From the NCBI GenBank assembly GCA_963575745.1, contig CAUYUJ010000158.1:62001-117433 (forward strand): a DNA stretch of 55,433 nt, written 5' to 3'. Positions within the stretch are counted from its first letter, which is position 1; every line of letters starts with the position of its first letter. Both the position numbers and the translations under genes were made by a program. A model generated the notes under the pieces. That model made no database searches. It saw only the letters and a list, made by a program, of their open reading frames with translations, and was not told the DNA's origin. Shown piece after piece: positions 13,068 through 23,863 of the stretch. Source of the stretch: Prorocentrum cordatum. Its lineage: Eukaryota.

Positions 13068-13419
13068 AAAACTCGCGCTGGCTCCCTTCCCGTGTCGTGA
13101 AAACGTGTCCACGCATGCGGTTCTATATCCTCCTCCTCCTCCTCCTCCAACTTCCGTTGTTCGAGTGGCTCTCCGCGCCCGCGGGCGGGGCCGCGCGTCG
13201 CTTGCCTCCCAGGGTCAGCCGGGGGACTCCCCCGCGGGCGCGCGCTTGCCCGCGGACGGGCCGCGTCGCGCGTGTACCCTTAGGGTCAGCCGCGCGGCCT
13301 CTGGGCCGTTTGGCGATTGCACCCCCAGGGTCATGCCGGCCGCGGCCGCGTTGGTGTGCATGGCGGAGTACGCAGAGTTCGCCATCAGTTGGCTGGCGCT
13401 CTGCGGCGCCCTGGCGCTC

Positions 13420-14370
13420 ATGGCGCCGAAGAGGCCGGGCGGCAAGGGGCAGGGCAAGGGGCCCAAGAAGGGCAAAGTGGGCGACGTCTCCGCCGCTCCC
13501 CCTGCGGACGGTCGCGCCGAGGTAGACGCCTCCGCGTCCAGCGGCGCCGAGGTAGACGCCTCCGCGTCCAGCGGGATGCCGCCTCCTCCGCTGGGGACGC
13601 CCGACTTCGATGGTGGGCGCGGCGTGGTCAGGAGGCCGTACAATTGCGACTTCTGCGACGCAAGCTTCCCCGTCTCCTCGTTCTTGGTGCCGTGTGACGG
13701 CCAGGGCAACGTGCCCCAAGGTTCGGCCCGCGTCGCCAGGGGCATGCAGACCATCGCGGACATGTGTGGCGAGAAGCAGGAGTTCAAGAATACCATCGAC
13801 ATCGACGAGGACAAGCCCGATTTGCGCCACATGTGCTTCTCGTGTCTCGGCGTGCGCACCGAGGGCGACTCCGAGTACTATGTCAAGGAGAGGGACGGCG
13901 ACAAGGTGCGCTTGCATGCTTCGTTTGGGAACGTGCGGAAGAGGTACTTCGGGCGCGACTCGAGGTCCGAGGCCGACGTGTTGCAGCACTTGGCGGCGAA
14001 GGCGTTCGACCGAATGCCGTCCGACGTGACCTGGGACGAGGTCTACCACAAGGTGTGCGTCCAGAGCGAGGTGGCCGCTGCTGGGGATTTCCACGTCGTG
14101 CTGGGCGGCGGCGTGCTGCTCATGTACAGCTGCCCCAAATGCTTCTTCCTCCCGGTGAACCCGAAATTCTGGCTCCGGTGCGTGAAGTCCCAGCATCGGC
14201 ACGAGCCGGGTAAAGACGCCGAGGGAGGACACTGGCGCTGCCCGTTCGAGGGTTGCCTGGAGAAGTGGACGTGGGGAGCTGCCGGGAAGTTGCGGGTCAT
14301 CCTCATCCCGGAGGTCGAGGGGAGCGGCCTGCAGAAGATGGTCATTGGAGCGACGTCCGAGAGCACCGAA
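13420..14370 (+). CDS. Unknown Cys-rich protein fragment with four CxxC-type pairs, 3'-truncated by satellite
   Basis: Uninterrupted, GC3-rich ORF starting MAPKRPGGKG, with CDFC, CFSC, CPKC and CPFEGC; no introns or stops over about 317 codons. Confidence 0.65.
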
Positions 14371-14947
14371 GCACGACCACACCCCAGCACGACCACACCC
14401 CAGCACGACCACACCCCAGCACGACCACACCCCAGCACGACCCCACCCCAGCACGACCCCACCCCAGCACGACCCCACCCTAGCAAGACCACACCCCAGC
14501 ACGACCACACCCCAGCACGACCTCACCACAGCACGACCACACCCCAGCACGACCACGCCCCAGCACGACCACGCCCCAGCACGACCACGCCCCAGCACAA
14601 CCACCCCCCAGCACGACCACCCCCCAGCACGACCACCCCCAGCACGACCACCCCCCAGCACGACCACACCCCAGCACGACCACTCCCCAGCACGACCACA
14701 CCGCCTTGGTTGAGTGGTTGCCTGTCGTCGTGGAATGTTTCGTGGGGTGTCTCGTGGAATGTTTCGCGGGGTGTCTCCTGGAATGTTTCGTGAGGTGTCT
14801 CGCGGAATGTTTCGTGAGGTGTCTCGTGGGATGTTTCGTGAGGTGTCTCGTGGGATGTTTCGTGAGGTGTTGCCCCGTTGGGTATCGTGAAAACGTGCCC
14901 ATGCTCCACATGTCTATATCCCTTTCCGGGTTCGTGGGTCCATCATG

Positions 14948-16955
14948 TTTTGACTAAGCATCTCGGGCAAAGCTTGGACTGGACAAAGTAACCCTCACGT
15001 TGTCTCCTCGTTCTTGTCCATTGCCCGCCCGTGGTGACGATGAGGTTGGGCGCAGCCAAATCGGAAGCTCCTTCATCGTGAAAGCGTTTCTGCTCTCTGC
15101 GGACGCGCCAAACATCTGCTGCTGGGACCAGGTCTTGTCCATCTTCGTGCTTGGGCGCCTGCTGCCAATACAATTTGCGCATATCACTGGCAACATCGCC
15201 CAGGATCGCGAGCCTCTCCCAGTCCTGCGTGTAATCTGAGTCCGTGCCGCTCGGTATGGCCCATGCCTGCAATTGGCCTTCTGGTAGCGGTCTGTCCCAC
15301 TCCGTCGACTGGATGGGGTTCCAGCCAATGTCCATGAGCGTGGCCTGAAGCGTGGCGATGGGACCTTTGACATCTGCCCATCGTCGCCGTCCTGCATGGA
15401 TCAACTTCTGCCTGATCTTGGACCAGGCCAACTTCACTCTCGCGTGCATCTGTGGGTTCTGCTGCCATAACGCAAGCCACTCTGAAGCTGCTCTCTTCCG
15501 AATCTCCAGGCCTGGCCCCTTGTCCCACATCTCTCTGGAGAGGGTCGTCGTAAGGCACTTGCCGCCTTGAGATCCTGCTGCCGTCTGACCCGCTTGGCGT
15601 CTAAGTCGTAGAAGCTCTGAGGGTGCTAGGCCAAAGGCCTGGTGGCCGTAGCTGGCCTGGGGCAAGGCGCCCGTGGACCAGAGACCTTTAGCTTCTCTTG
15701 CCAATGCCGTGCTTATCCTGAGCCTCTTGGTCTTGCCAAATCGTTTCTTTGCCGTCCTGATTCTTTTCTTCAGCGTGCGGACAACTCTCTTCCGTCCAGC
15801 TCCTGTGTCGAGGCCAAGGTCCTTACTGTGCGCCACACCTCTTGCTGGGGTGCCACACCGCCTCAGTTTCTTGGCTACCGCCTTGACCATGTCCCTGGAA
15901 CTTCCCGCGATGACCGTTCTGTCAGAGATCTTGGGCCGCTGCTGCTTTAAACCGTTGGCCAGCCCAATCGCCAGCCTAGCCACCTTATCTGGGGTGTCGT
16001 ACTCCGTGCCCTCCTCCCTGGCCACTGTGTCGTCGACGAATGCCCACAATCCCGCCGACGGTGAGGGAATGCATGCACGTTGGAGCACTGGATGAAGGAA
16101 TACCTTCGTGAGGCTGGCTCCTCTTGGCGATCCTGCTACTATGGGGCGGGCCACCCAGATCGCCTCACTGATCGCCGCCTTGTCCTTGAGGAGCCGAGGC
16201 GCCGCGAACGTGAGGACCTCCATCCCGACCACCGCCGCAGGGTAGCCCACATCTCTCGCAATCCTCATGGGCAGCACCAGGCTTGCACTGTCGCAGAACT
16301 TCTCGATGTTCTCTAGCAGCGTCAGGCTGGTGATGCCGGGCGCGTACCCTGCCTCGTCCAAGCATGCTCGAAATAGTCCTACTCGCAACGCCGAGCTTCC
16401 TTTGTGCGCCGTGTCCCAATGCGCGCTGAGCGCCTCGCTCCATTCACTGCAGGGGGGCGCTCGAGCTCGACTCCATATCCTTACTGGCAAGGGTAGCATG
16501 CCGAGAACGCGTTCTCCACTTGCTGGTTTGGGAACGACGGTCCCCATAATTGCCGTCCACTGCCTAGGCCACGTGCCTGCCCCCTCGCACATGTTGATGA
16601 GGTTCACCAGCTTCTGCCTAGCACCGAGGGGGGGCCACTTGATATCGTGCAACTTAAGCCCGTCCTCACCTTCAGCTTTGTTGGGGTTCGTCGCCGCCGC
16701 CGCCGCGTCGAACTCCTCAATCGTGATCGGGTCCAGGTCTTCAGCGCGTGCTTGTCTATGTGTGATGATGCGCTCTGCCGCAATGTCGTCTCTGCTGTCA
16801 ACCGCGTCTGTCCAGATCTTGTGCCACCTTTGCTTCTTCGTGTGCGTGGGGATGTCTGGATCCGCCGAGCTGGCGCCGTTGTGGAACTGCTCGAGGACTG
16901 GCTTGACTGGCTCCTTGACATGTCTGTGCAGGATGCCTGGCGGCTGGTTCCACAA
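14948..16955 (-). pseudogene. Non-LTR reverse transcriptase domain
   Basis: KAEGEDG, VPKPASGERVLGMLP..RIWSRAR, LLENIEKFCDS (degenerate DxxKxYD), IVAGS, AFVDDT (catalytic), KDLGLD; ends in CPRC at the insertion junction. Confidence 0.93.
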
Positions 16956-17625
16956 CTGCTAGGCCCACTTAGTGAACTGCTGCCGCTGGTTGGTGATGCC
17001 TATCGTCACTGCTTTGGCCAAGTGGTCCTTGCTTTCATGTTTGAGCGTGGCCAACTCCTCTATGGTGTGCGCTTTCACCTCCTGCGCCTTCAGCATTCTC
17101 TCGTCGGCCTCTTGTGGTCGAACTTCTTGCCAAGGATCTGGTCTAGCCACATTCGCCTTAGCTGCTGGTATGTCGTCGACCAATCTCTGGCACATTTCTG
17201 CTGCTGGGCCCTATTTGTCTCCTTGATCCTCAAGGCCTCATACCTGGTGATGAGCGTCCCCGTGATAGACGATAGTTCCGCCGCCTGGTACTTCGCGTGC
17301 GTGCGTCCTGGTGTCGCTTTAGACCTTCTCCATCGCACCGCAAGTCCGCCTCCTCTGCAACGATGAGCGTCCGCCTCGTGCGCCTCCATCCTGTCAACAC
17401 CGATGATCGCCTCCACTAACGCAGTGACCCAGACCGCATACTTGTCTGAGATCGCCTGCTCCATCAGCTTCTGATGTTCACCGCGGATGAGCAGGTGCGG
17501 CTCTAACTCGTGCGTCTGCTGCGTGAGGTTGGGGGCCACCGCCTTGGTGAGCGCCTCCTGCCACTGGTGCTGGTCGATCGCGTACTGCACCTGCTGCTGC
17601 TTGGTCTGCGTGGGCATCGGCTCCA

Positions 17626-18150
17626 TCACGTTGAGCTCCTCCTGGAGGTGCTCTGGTCGTGCCGCCCTTCGTTTCCGTCGTGCTGCCTCTTTCTTCTTGC
17701 TGCGCTTGCTGTCGGGTCTACTTCTTTCTTCGGCGGTAGCACCAAGGGGAGCGGTCGGGGCTGGTCGAGGTGCCTATGCCACCAGGCATCCGCCCTCCCT
17801 GGGAGCATGCGCAGGGGCCCCGTATGCGTCCTCCAGGGTACCTTCGCCTCCGCCTCGATGGTGATGCCATCCGCTATGTCCTCCCGTGCCATCGCGAAGT
17901 CGATGAGCCTGCCTTTCCCTTTGGCACTTGTGACCTGCACGTTCGGTGTGATGACGCGGCCTCCAAGTCTCTTCGGGAGCCCTGATTTGCTGACCGCAGC
18001 CGGTGAGAGATTCCAATTTGCCATGATATTCCATGGATCTCTAATGCTGCGAACCACCGTGGGGAGAGCCTTCATCTTCTCGAAGTTGCTGCCTTGCATA
18101 CCCTCCTTGGGAAGGAGGTAGAGGGGGAAGAGTACGATGTTGCCTTAGCG
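17626..18150 (-). pseudogene. APE-type endonuclease, C-terminal half
   Basis: PWNIMANWN (degenerate GDxN), RLIDFAM and VPWRTH (SDH-equivalent) in correct order; the N-terminal half appears deleted. Confidence 0.75.
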
Positions 18151-18820
18151 AAGGTGGAGGTGCATGGCCGCAAATCCTCTAAAAGGATCTCTCGTGCCCT
18201 GGTTGTTCATCGTCTCCCTCATCTCATCGTATGTGGTAGTCGCCAGCGCGTTGTCCTCCTGATGCTGCTGCGATATGCCATCCGCAAGCGACTGCGTGTT
18301 GTACTCCTCCAGGGCCTTCGAATGCTCCTGCTGCGCCTCGAACACCTCAGCCGCTGCCTGCTCCATCTGCTCTTGTAACTTGGCCACTGCATTCTCAACG
18401 TCCACGTGGCGCTTGGCGATCGACTCGAGCTTGGACTTGGCCGTGTTGACCTTGCCGATCTCCTGCTTGAGCAGTGCCGGCTTGGGTACTTCCTTCTGCT
18501 TCGGAGCGCACTTCTGGGAGATCACCGACTGGGGGCCCTCGAGCTGGGCCTGCATGTTCTGATCGGGGCCGAGCTTCGCCAGCGCGGCGGCCAGCTGCTT
18601 GCGCACCACTTCCGCGTTGGTGCCCTTGGTCTTGTTGGCCCATGGAGGACCTGAAGGAACGTCTGCTGTGCCATTGTTGCCATTGTCGGCCCAGGGCGTG
18701 ACGACCGAGTCACACTTCGCGCGGCGTCCTCCATTGCGTTTGATCTTCCAGTCATACGCCCAGTTGTTGCAGCTCCCGCGACGCGACCATGCCCATTTCT
18801 TTGACAGCGGCGCCACGGCA
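18145..18820 (-). pseudogene. Retroelement ORF1-like protein (Trp/Cys N-terminal motif plus coiled coil)
   Basis: APLSKKWAWSRRGSCNNWAYDWKI...AKCD followed by heptad-rich LKQEIGKVNTAKSKLESIAKRHVDVENAVAKLQEQMEQ; sits between the SL and the endonuclease. Confidence 0.65.
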
Positions 18821-18947
18821 CTCGAAGAGTGGCTGCAGCCGTGGACGGGAACGGGCTGTCGCTCCTCCAGGAGCGCACAAACAAACTCTCTTGTTGTCTG
18901 GCCGCGGTCACAACGGTATCCACGTACTCCTCTTTGGAACAACGCAT

Positions 18948-18969
18948 CTTGAGCCCAAATGGCTACGGA
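18948..18969 (-). other. DinoSL spliced-leader copy at the 5' end of the retrotransposon
   Basis: TCCGTAGCCATTTGGGCTCAAG vs the canonical DCCGTAGCCATTTTGGCTCAAG: 21/22. Confidence 0.95.
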
Positions 18970-20094
18970 GGAGGAGGAGAAGGAGGAGGAGGAGGAAGAT
19001 GAGGAGGAGCATATGAATATTGTTTCCTGTTTCCTAGTGCAGGCCGCCCTGGCAATGCCACGAGACGAGAAGCTTAGACTCAGAGGAGTTTCGTCAGGCA
19101 CGAGACGACTCGACGCCCCGCCGACCACACCCCGCACAGCCATGGTTCACCCGTTGGGGCCCCGCTGACCAGTCGCCAACAGGGGGCTGCACAACTGGGC
19201 TAGTTCACCTGTAATGTTTTTTCTGCCGTTTGCTCAAAGAGCTGCAAGGCCATTAAGGCGAACCTGCTGACGGGCACGCGCAAACGGGGTCCCACAAGAA
19301 GCACGAAGCTTTCAAGCTGGGGGTCGCCGCCCGGGAGTACACCCGAAGGTCCCATTGGGCTGACGTGCCACATAGCACCGCCGCACCGCGGAAATGCGCG
19401 ATCTGCATGCAGCTGTCGCTGCAGCAGAAGGCCATGGTTTGAGGAGGAGGAGGAAGAGGATGAGGATGAGGAGGATGAAGGGGCGGAGGGGGAGGAGGAG
19501 GAGGAAGAGGAGGAGGAGGAGGAGGAGGAGGAAGAGGGTACTAATAAGGAGGAGGATGGTAAGGAGGAGGAGGAGGAGGAAGAGGAGGAGGAGGAGGATG
19601 GTAATGAGGAGGTGGAGGAGGGTAAGGAGGATGATGGAAGGAAGTGGTAAGAGGATGCGGAGGAGCAGAGGGGGGAACACCAGGATTAGGATCATGATGA
19701 AAAGGGGAAGGATGAGGAGGGTGGGGATGAGGGAGGAGGGAGGACGAGAAGGATGAAGAGAGGGGGTCGGTGGAGGCGGAAGGGGATGAGGAGGCGGATG
19801 AAGAACGGATGGAAGGCAGGTCGATGGGGAGGAGGAGGAGGAGAACGCACATGAGGATGATAATGCTGACTGGGGCAACGAAGACGTGTGCGAGGAGGGA
19901 GAGGAAGCGGAGTCGGGGAATGATAACGGTGAGTGAAAGGTGATGTATATATAATGTATATATGTGTGTATGTGTATATATATATATCCACGCATACAGA
20001 TGTATATATGATTGGGCGAATCTGCATATACACACATCTGTTAATACAATGCACACGTACGTATACGCACATCGATACACACACCTGTATCTGT

Positions 20095-20135
<41 letters not shown>

Positions 20136-20418
20136 TCGACAGAGAGAAAGCGAGCGATACTGCACGTGGGAGAGAGCGGACTCCATACATACATATATCG
20201 GCAGTGGATACACGTATTTATCTATACACCGATGTACATATACATGCTTATATGTATCGTGCACAGGCACAGCTATGTATAAATACATGCACACAACCAA
20301 GCATGCGCATCTCCATACTATATGTGTATCATTCACATACACGTGTATACATATATACATACATCTATGTATATACATATGGATATGTATATACATACAT
20401 AGAGAGATAGAGCGATAT

Positions 20419-20491
<73 letters not shown>

Positions 20492-22872
20492 CAAACAAGG
20501 ATGAGAGAGAGACTAGGCATAGGTCGAGGGAGAGGGGGATGCGGAGGCGGAGTAGGAGGACGAGGAGGATAAGGAGGCGTTAAGACGTAGACGGCTTGGG
20601 TGATTGCGTGTAGCACTTTTCAGCACACCTTTTGGAGGATGGGGTGGACAGCGGAGCGGCCAACACCTCGTCGACGCATCACGGTGGGACAATCATGAGA
20701 CTCTGATCCAAACTCTAAAAGCATGCAGCCGAACACGTGCGGCACAAAAGAAATTGGCAAAGCCCGTCGTGCGTCCACGAAGGAGGATGGCGAGGACGGG
20801 CAACGGAATCTCCTGAATGCGCTTACCTTTGCGAATACCATGGAAGTGTGGCCTTTCTCGTAACTCGCCTGCCTGTCCCGTCAACGGTCACCGCCAGCAC
20901 AGGGGTGGTGAAGAGTAATGTGCAGCATATGCGGCGGATTGGGAGGAGGACGAGGATGGGGAAGAGGAGGCCGAGAAAGGGGGAGGAAGGCCAACGTAAA
21001 CCCTGGACGCATCAAAGATGCTTCAATACAGCCTCCCATCCCGAGCTACCGTTCCAAATATCCATACAACCGTTCCTGTCACTACGGGAAGCGCCCTCTC
21101 GAACGACGAGCGCATTGCACTAGTGGCTCGCCATGCAGGGAGGAGCCCAACTTCCTTCGATTTAGCCCCAAGTAGTGCCGAGAACAAGCCTCCTAAATCT
21201 TAAGAGCCGTCCGAACAGAGCCACTGTTTGACAGAAAGGACCGGCCTCCTCTAATGTGGCTGCTGCAAAATTTTACCTTCATGGCTGTACCCATTATAGA
21301 AGCCGTCAACGGAAATCCGATTTGAGACGGAGCCGCTCTCCATCCGTGTAGCTGTTTCGCAACATCGAATTTCAGGGGGCAGGATCTGAGCAAGTCTCAA
21401 AAGAGACATTCATCTGAAAAGGAGCCACTGTCCGTCCGCGAAACTTCCTCGGAAACGCTTGGGACGAGTGCGTGCGGCGCGCAATCGAGGGCCACACCCT
21501 GACAACGGCCCGCTCACCATCCGTGCAGCAGCTGATGAATAGTAAGATGCATGTTCGTGGCGTGCAAGCGAGACCCGCATGGTGAAACGAACGCTTCCCT
21601 CCAATCGTGTAAGCGTGAGAGATGGCGGGGAAAACTCAAACGAAACATCGGGTCCGCCCTGTCCACACGCCTGGTGGTACGACGTGGAGTGCTTGATAAG
21701 GAACGATGATGGGGGAGTTGGAGGAGGGAGTGATGGGAGAATGGCGAATAATAAATGAAGGGGGACAGGGGAGAGGTAGGGAAGTAGGCTGGGGAGGAGG
21801 ACGAGTAGGTGTAGGACGGGGAGTAGGCGCAGGAGCGGGCTGGAGGAGGTGCTGGAGGAAGAGGAGAGAGAAGGATCGACCCTACGGCCTGCGGCAAAAC
21901 ATCAAACAGGAGCAGCAGCACTGGCAGCGGCAGCACCAGCAGCATCGGCAGCGGCAGCAGGCGCTCCACCACCACCAGCGCGAGCATGGCCACCGCGGCG
22001 CCGCCCCCGCAGGCAGCCAGCGCCTCCCGGGCGGCTCTCGACCGCGGCCGCCTCGAAAGGGCTCCCCCGCGCGGGCTCGGGCCACCCTGCCGGCGCTGGC
22101 GCCCTGGAGGCGAAGCCCCTCAGCTCTTGCAGCGCGGCCTGGCGCACCGCCAGGTTCTGTGACGTGCTGCGCTCCACGGCGCGGGGTATCGACACCTGCA
22201 GAAGGGGGGCCTGCAGCCCTTCCGCAGGTAGGTCACCTTGCCTCGCCTGTCCACGCACAGGTATGTCACGCCGCGCTGCGGGATCCCCGCGCCATCCTCC
22301 TCGACGTGCCATGTAAAGCCGCACAAGGACCCCCTTCAGAGATATAAGTCACCACGCGCCAAGTGCCCCCGGGCAGCATCAACGACAGAAGCGGCGCCTG
22401 CAACGCGGCGTGCCCACGGTGAGACTCTGGGTGCCAGAGGTCCTCGTACTCGCAGTCGGGCGCGAAATGCTCCGACCACCACGTGGCGCTGTGCTTCTAG
22501 GGCCCTCCGTCTGTTATCCGCAGTTGCTGTGCAGTGTCTTGGGCGCTGGCTGGTCGCCGTGGATCGTCGCTGGCACCGTCTGCAACAGCCAGTGCATAGG
22601 CCGCGCTCTGCTGCCGCGCGAGCACGGCCGTCGGGGGGACCTCGAAGAGCAGCGGCGGCGGCGGCGCTGCGGGTGCGGTGGAGGCCGAAGCTGTAAGGCT
22701 GGAGGCTCCCTGGTGTGAGGTGGCCCCACCTGCCGCGCTCGCGGAAGGCAAACTGCCCCGTCCCCCAGGACTGCGACGCGGCGCCCCCGCCGGCCTGCCC
22801 AGCGGGCGGCGCGCACAGCTCGCTGCTGCTGCTGGCCTGGCGACCAGAGCTCAGGCTGTCGACAGGCGCCTG

Positions 22873-23061
22873 TTGGGCTGGGCGAAAGGAGGGGATAGCA
22901 CAAAGGGGGTTTGAGAATCAGCTCACGTATATAGCTGACTTTCCCGGCGCCAGGCGCCCATGTATCGAGGAATAGGCCCAGCGACAGGGCCGAAACCAGC
23001 TGCATGCAGCAGATTTCGTACCCTCCCCCTTTCCCTATCCCCCCTTTTCGTTCGGCCCGAG
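22873..23061. mobile_element. MITE-like element with imperfect TIRs
   Basis: tgggctgggcgaaaggaggggatag ... ctatccccccttttcgttcggcccga form imperfect inverted repeats. Confidence 0.45.
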
Positions 23062-23844
23062 TCTGGCGGTCGCTGAGCTCAGCCCCCAGGCTGGAGTCCC
23101 GGCCGCGGCCCGTCGGCCAGCTCGTCGATCGCCTGTCCACAACGTCGCTGCTGCTGGACCGCGCCTCGGGGGCCTGTGGCATGCAGGCGGCATGCACCTC
23201 TCGAGCCCTGGAAGCTCCCGTCGATGCTCGGGGGCCGGCAAGCATGGATTAGCGATCAATGGATTTGGCGCGCGGTCGCCAAATCCGTGGATCGGGGGAG
23301 GTGCCCTCCCCCAAAATGCGGCCGGTGCCGCCTCGTGCGGCGGCGGAGATCCGCGATTTCCCGTTGAAGCGGGACCCGTCGCTAATCCACGCCCCCTTCA
23401 TACATGTTTGCGATCGCCTGATCTTCTGCGCCAGGATCTCGACAGTCTCGGGCCCCAAGGCGCCCTCGGCGCGCGCCCGCTCCCCGACCTCTTCCGCGTG
23501 TGGCTTCGGCGGCGCTGCGCGCGAGGCGTCGAGCTGGGGTGCAGCGCCGGCCTCAGACTGGCCGGTGTCCAGGAGGTCGGGTCACTCCCCCTGGCTTGGA
23601 GGAGCGCATCCACCTGGCAAGTCCAACTGGCCGATGTGGACGTCGACAGGCTGCCCTGTGCTGCGCTGCATCGCGAAGATCGCCATCCCGTCGAGCTCTG
23701 GGACGCCAGACTTGGGCCCGCAAGGAACGTGGCCTCTCGAACATTTCGATGCCGCTGCAAGGTCCGTGAGGGTGGCGCTTGTGGCCTCTGCGGGCTCCAT
23801 GGCCCGCGCCGAGCCATCCTCTGGAGACCGAGCCAGGGCGGCGA

Positions 23845-23863
23845 CTTGAGCCACAGTGGTTCC
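23845..23863 (-). other. Degenerate DinoSL relic upstream of a possible minus-strand gene
   Basis: GGAACCACTGTGGCTCAAG vs GTAGCCATTTTGGCTCAAG: 15/19, followed by a second TGGCTC-like motif and ATGs within about 45 nt. Confidence 0.55.

Larger units (their letters stand above)
12027..14947 (+). mobile_element. Composite non-autonomous Helentron/HINE-like element with 16-bp satellite and cargo ORF
   Basis: Begins CCCGGAAAGGG (12027-12037); exact inverted copy CCCTTTCCGGG at 14920-14930, 17 nt before the end (..GGTCCATCATG). T-runs on both sides. Removing it rejoins CPRCLVK-KESLYHRIWEC. Family assignment is inferred from structure. Confidence 0.75.
10469..18969 (-). mobile_element. Decayed non-LTR retrotransposon (ORF1-APE-RT-Znf-RNase H-Cys/His tail), interrupted at 12027-14947
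   Basis: Colinear domain order on the minus strand; 5' end marked by a DinoSL copy; (TCC)n tracts at both ends (10315-10468 and 18968-19009); several frameshifts and stops. Confidence 0.9.

Noticed and set aside
13153..13171. Possible SL relic ahead of the Cys-rich ORF (TCCGTTGTTCGAGTGGCTC)
   Set aside because: About 12/19 identity and lacks the terminal AAG; not distinguishable from chance.
14943..16955. Bacterial retron, group II intron or defence-system RT
   Set aside because: The upstream APE and ORF1, the downstream RNase H and the SL identify a eukaryotic non-LTR retrotransposon.
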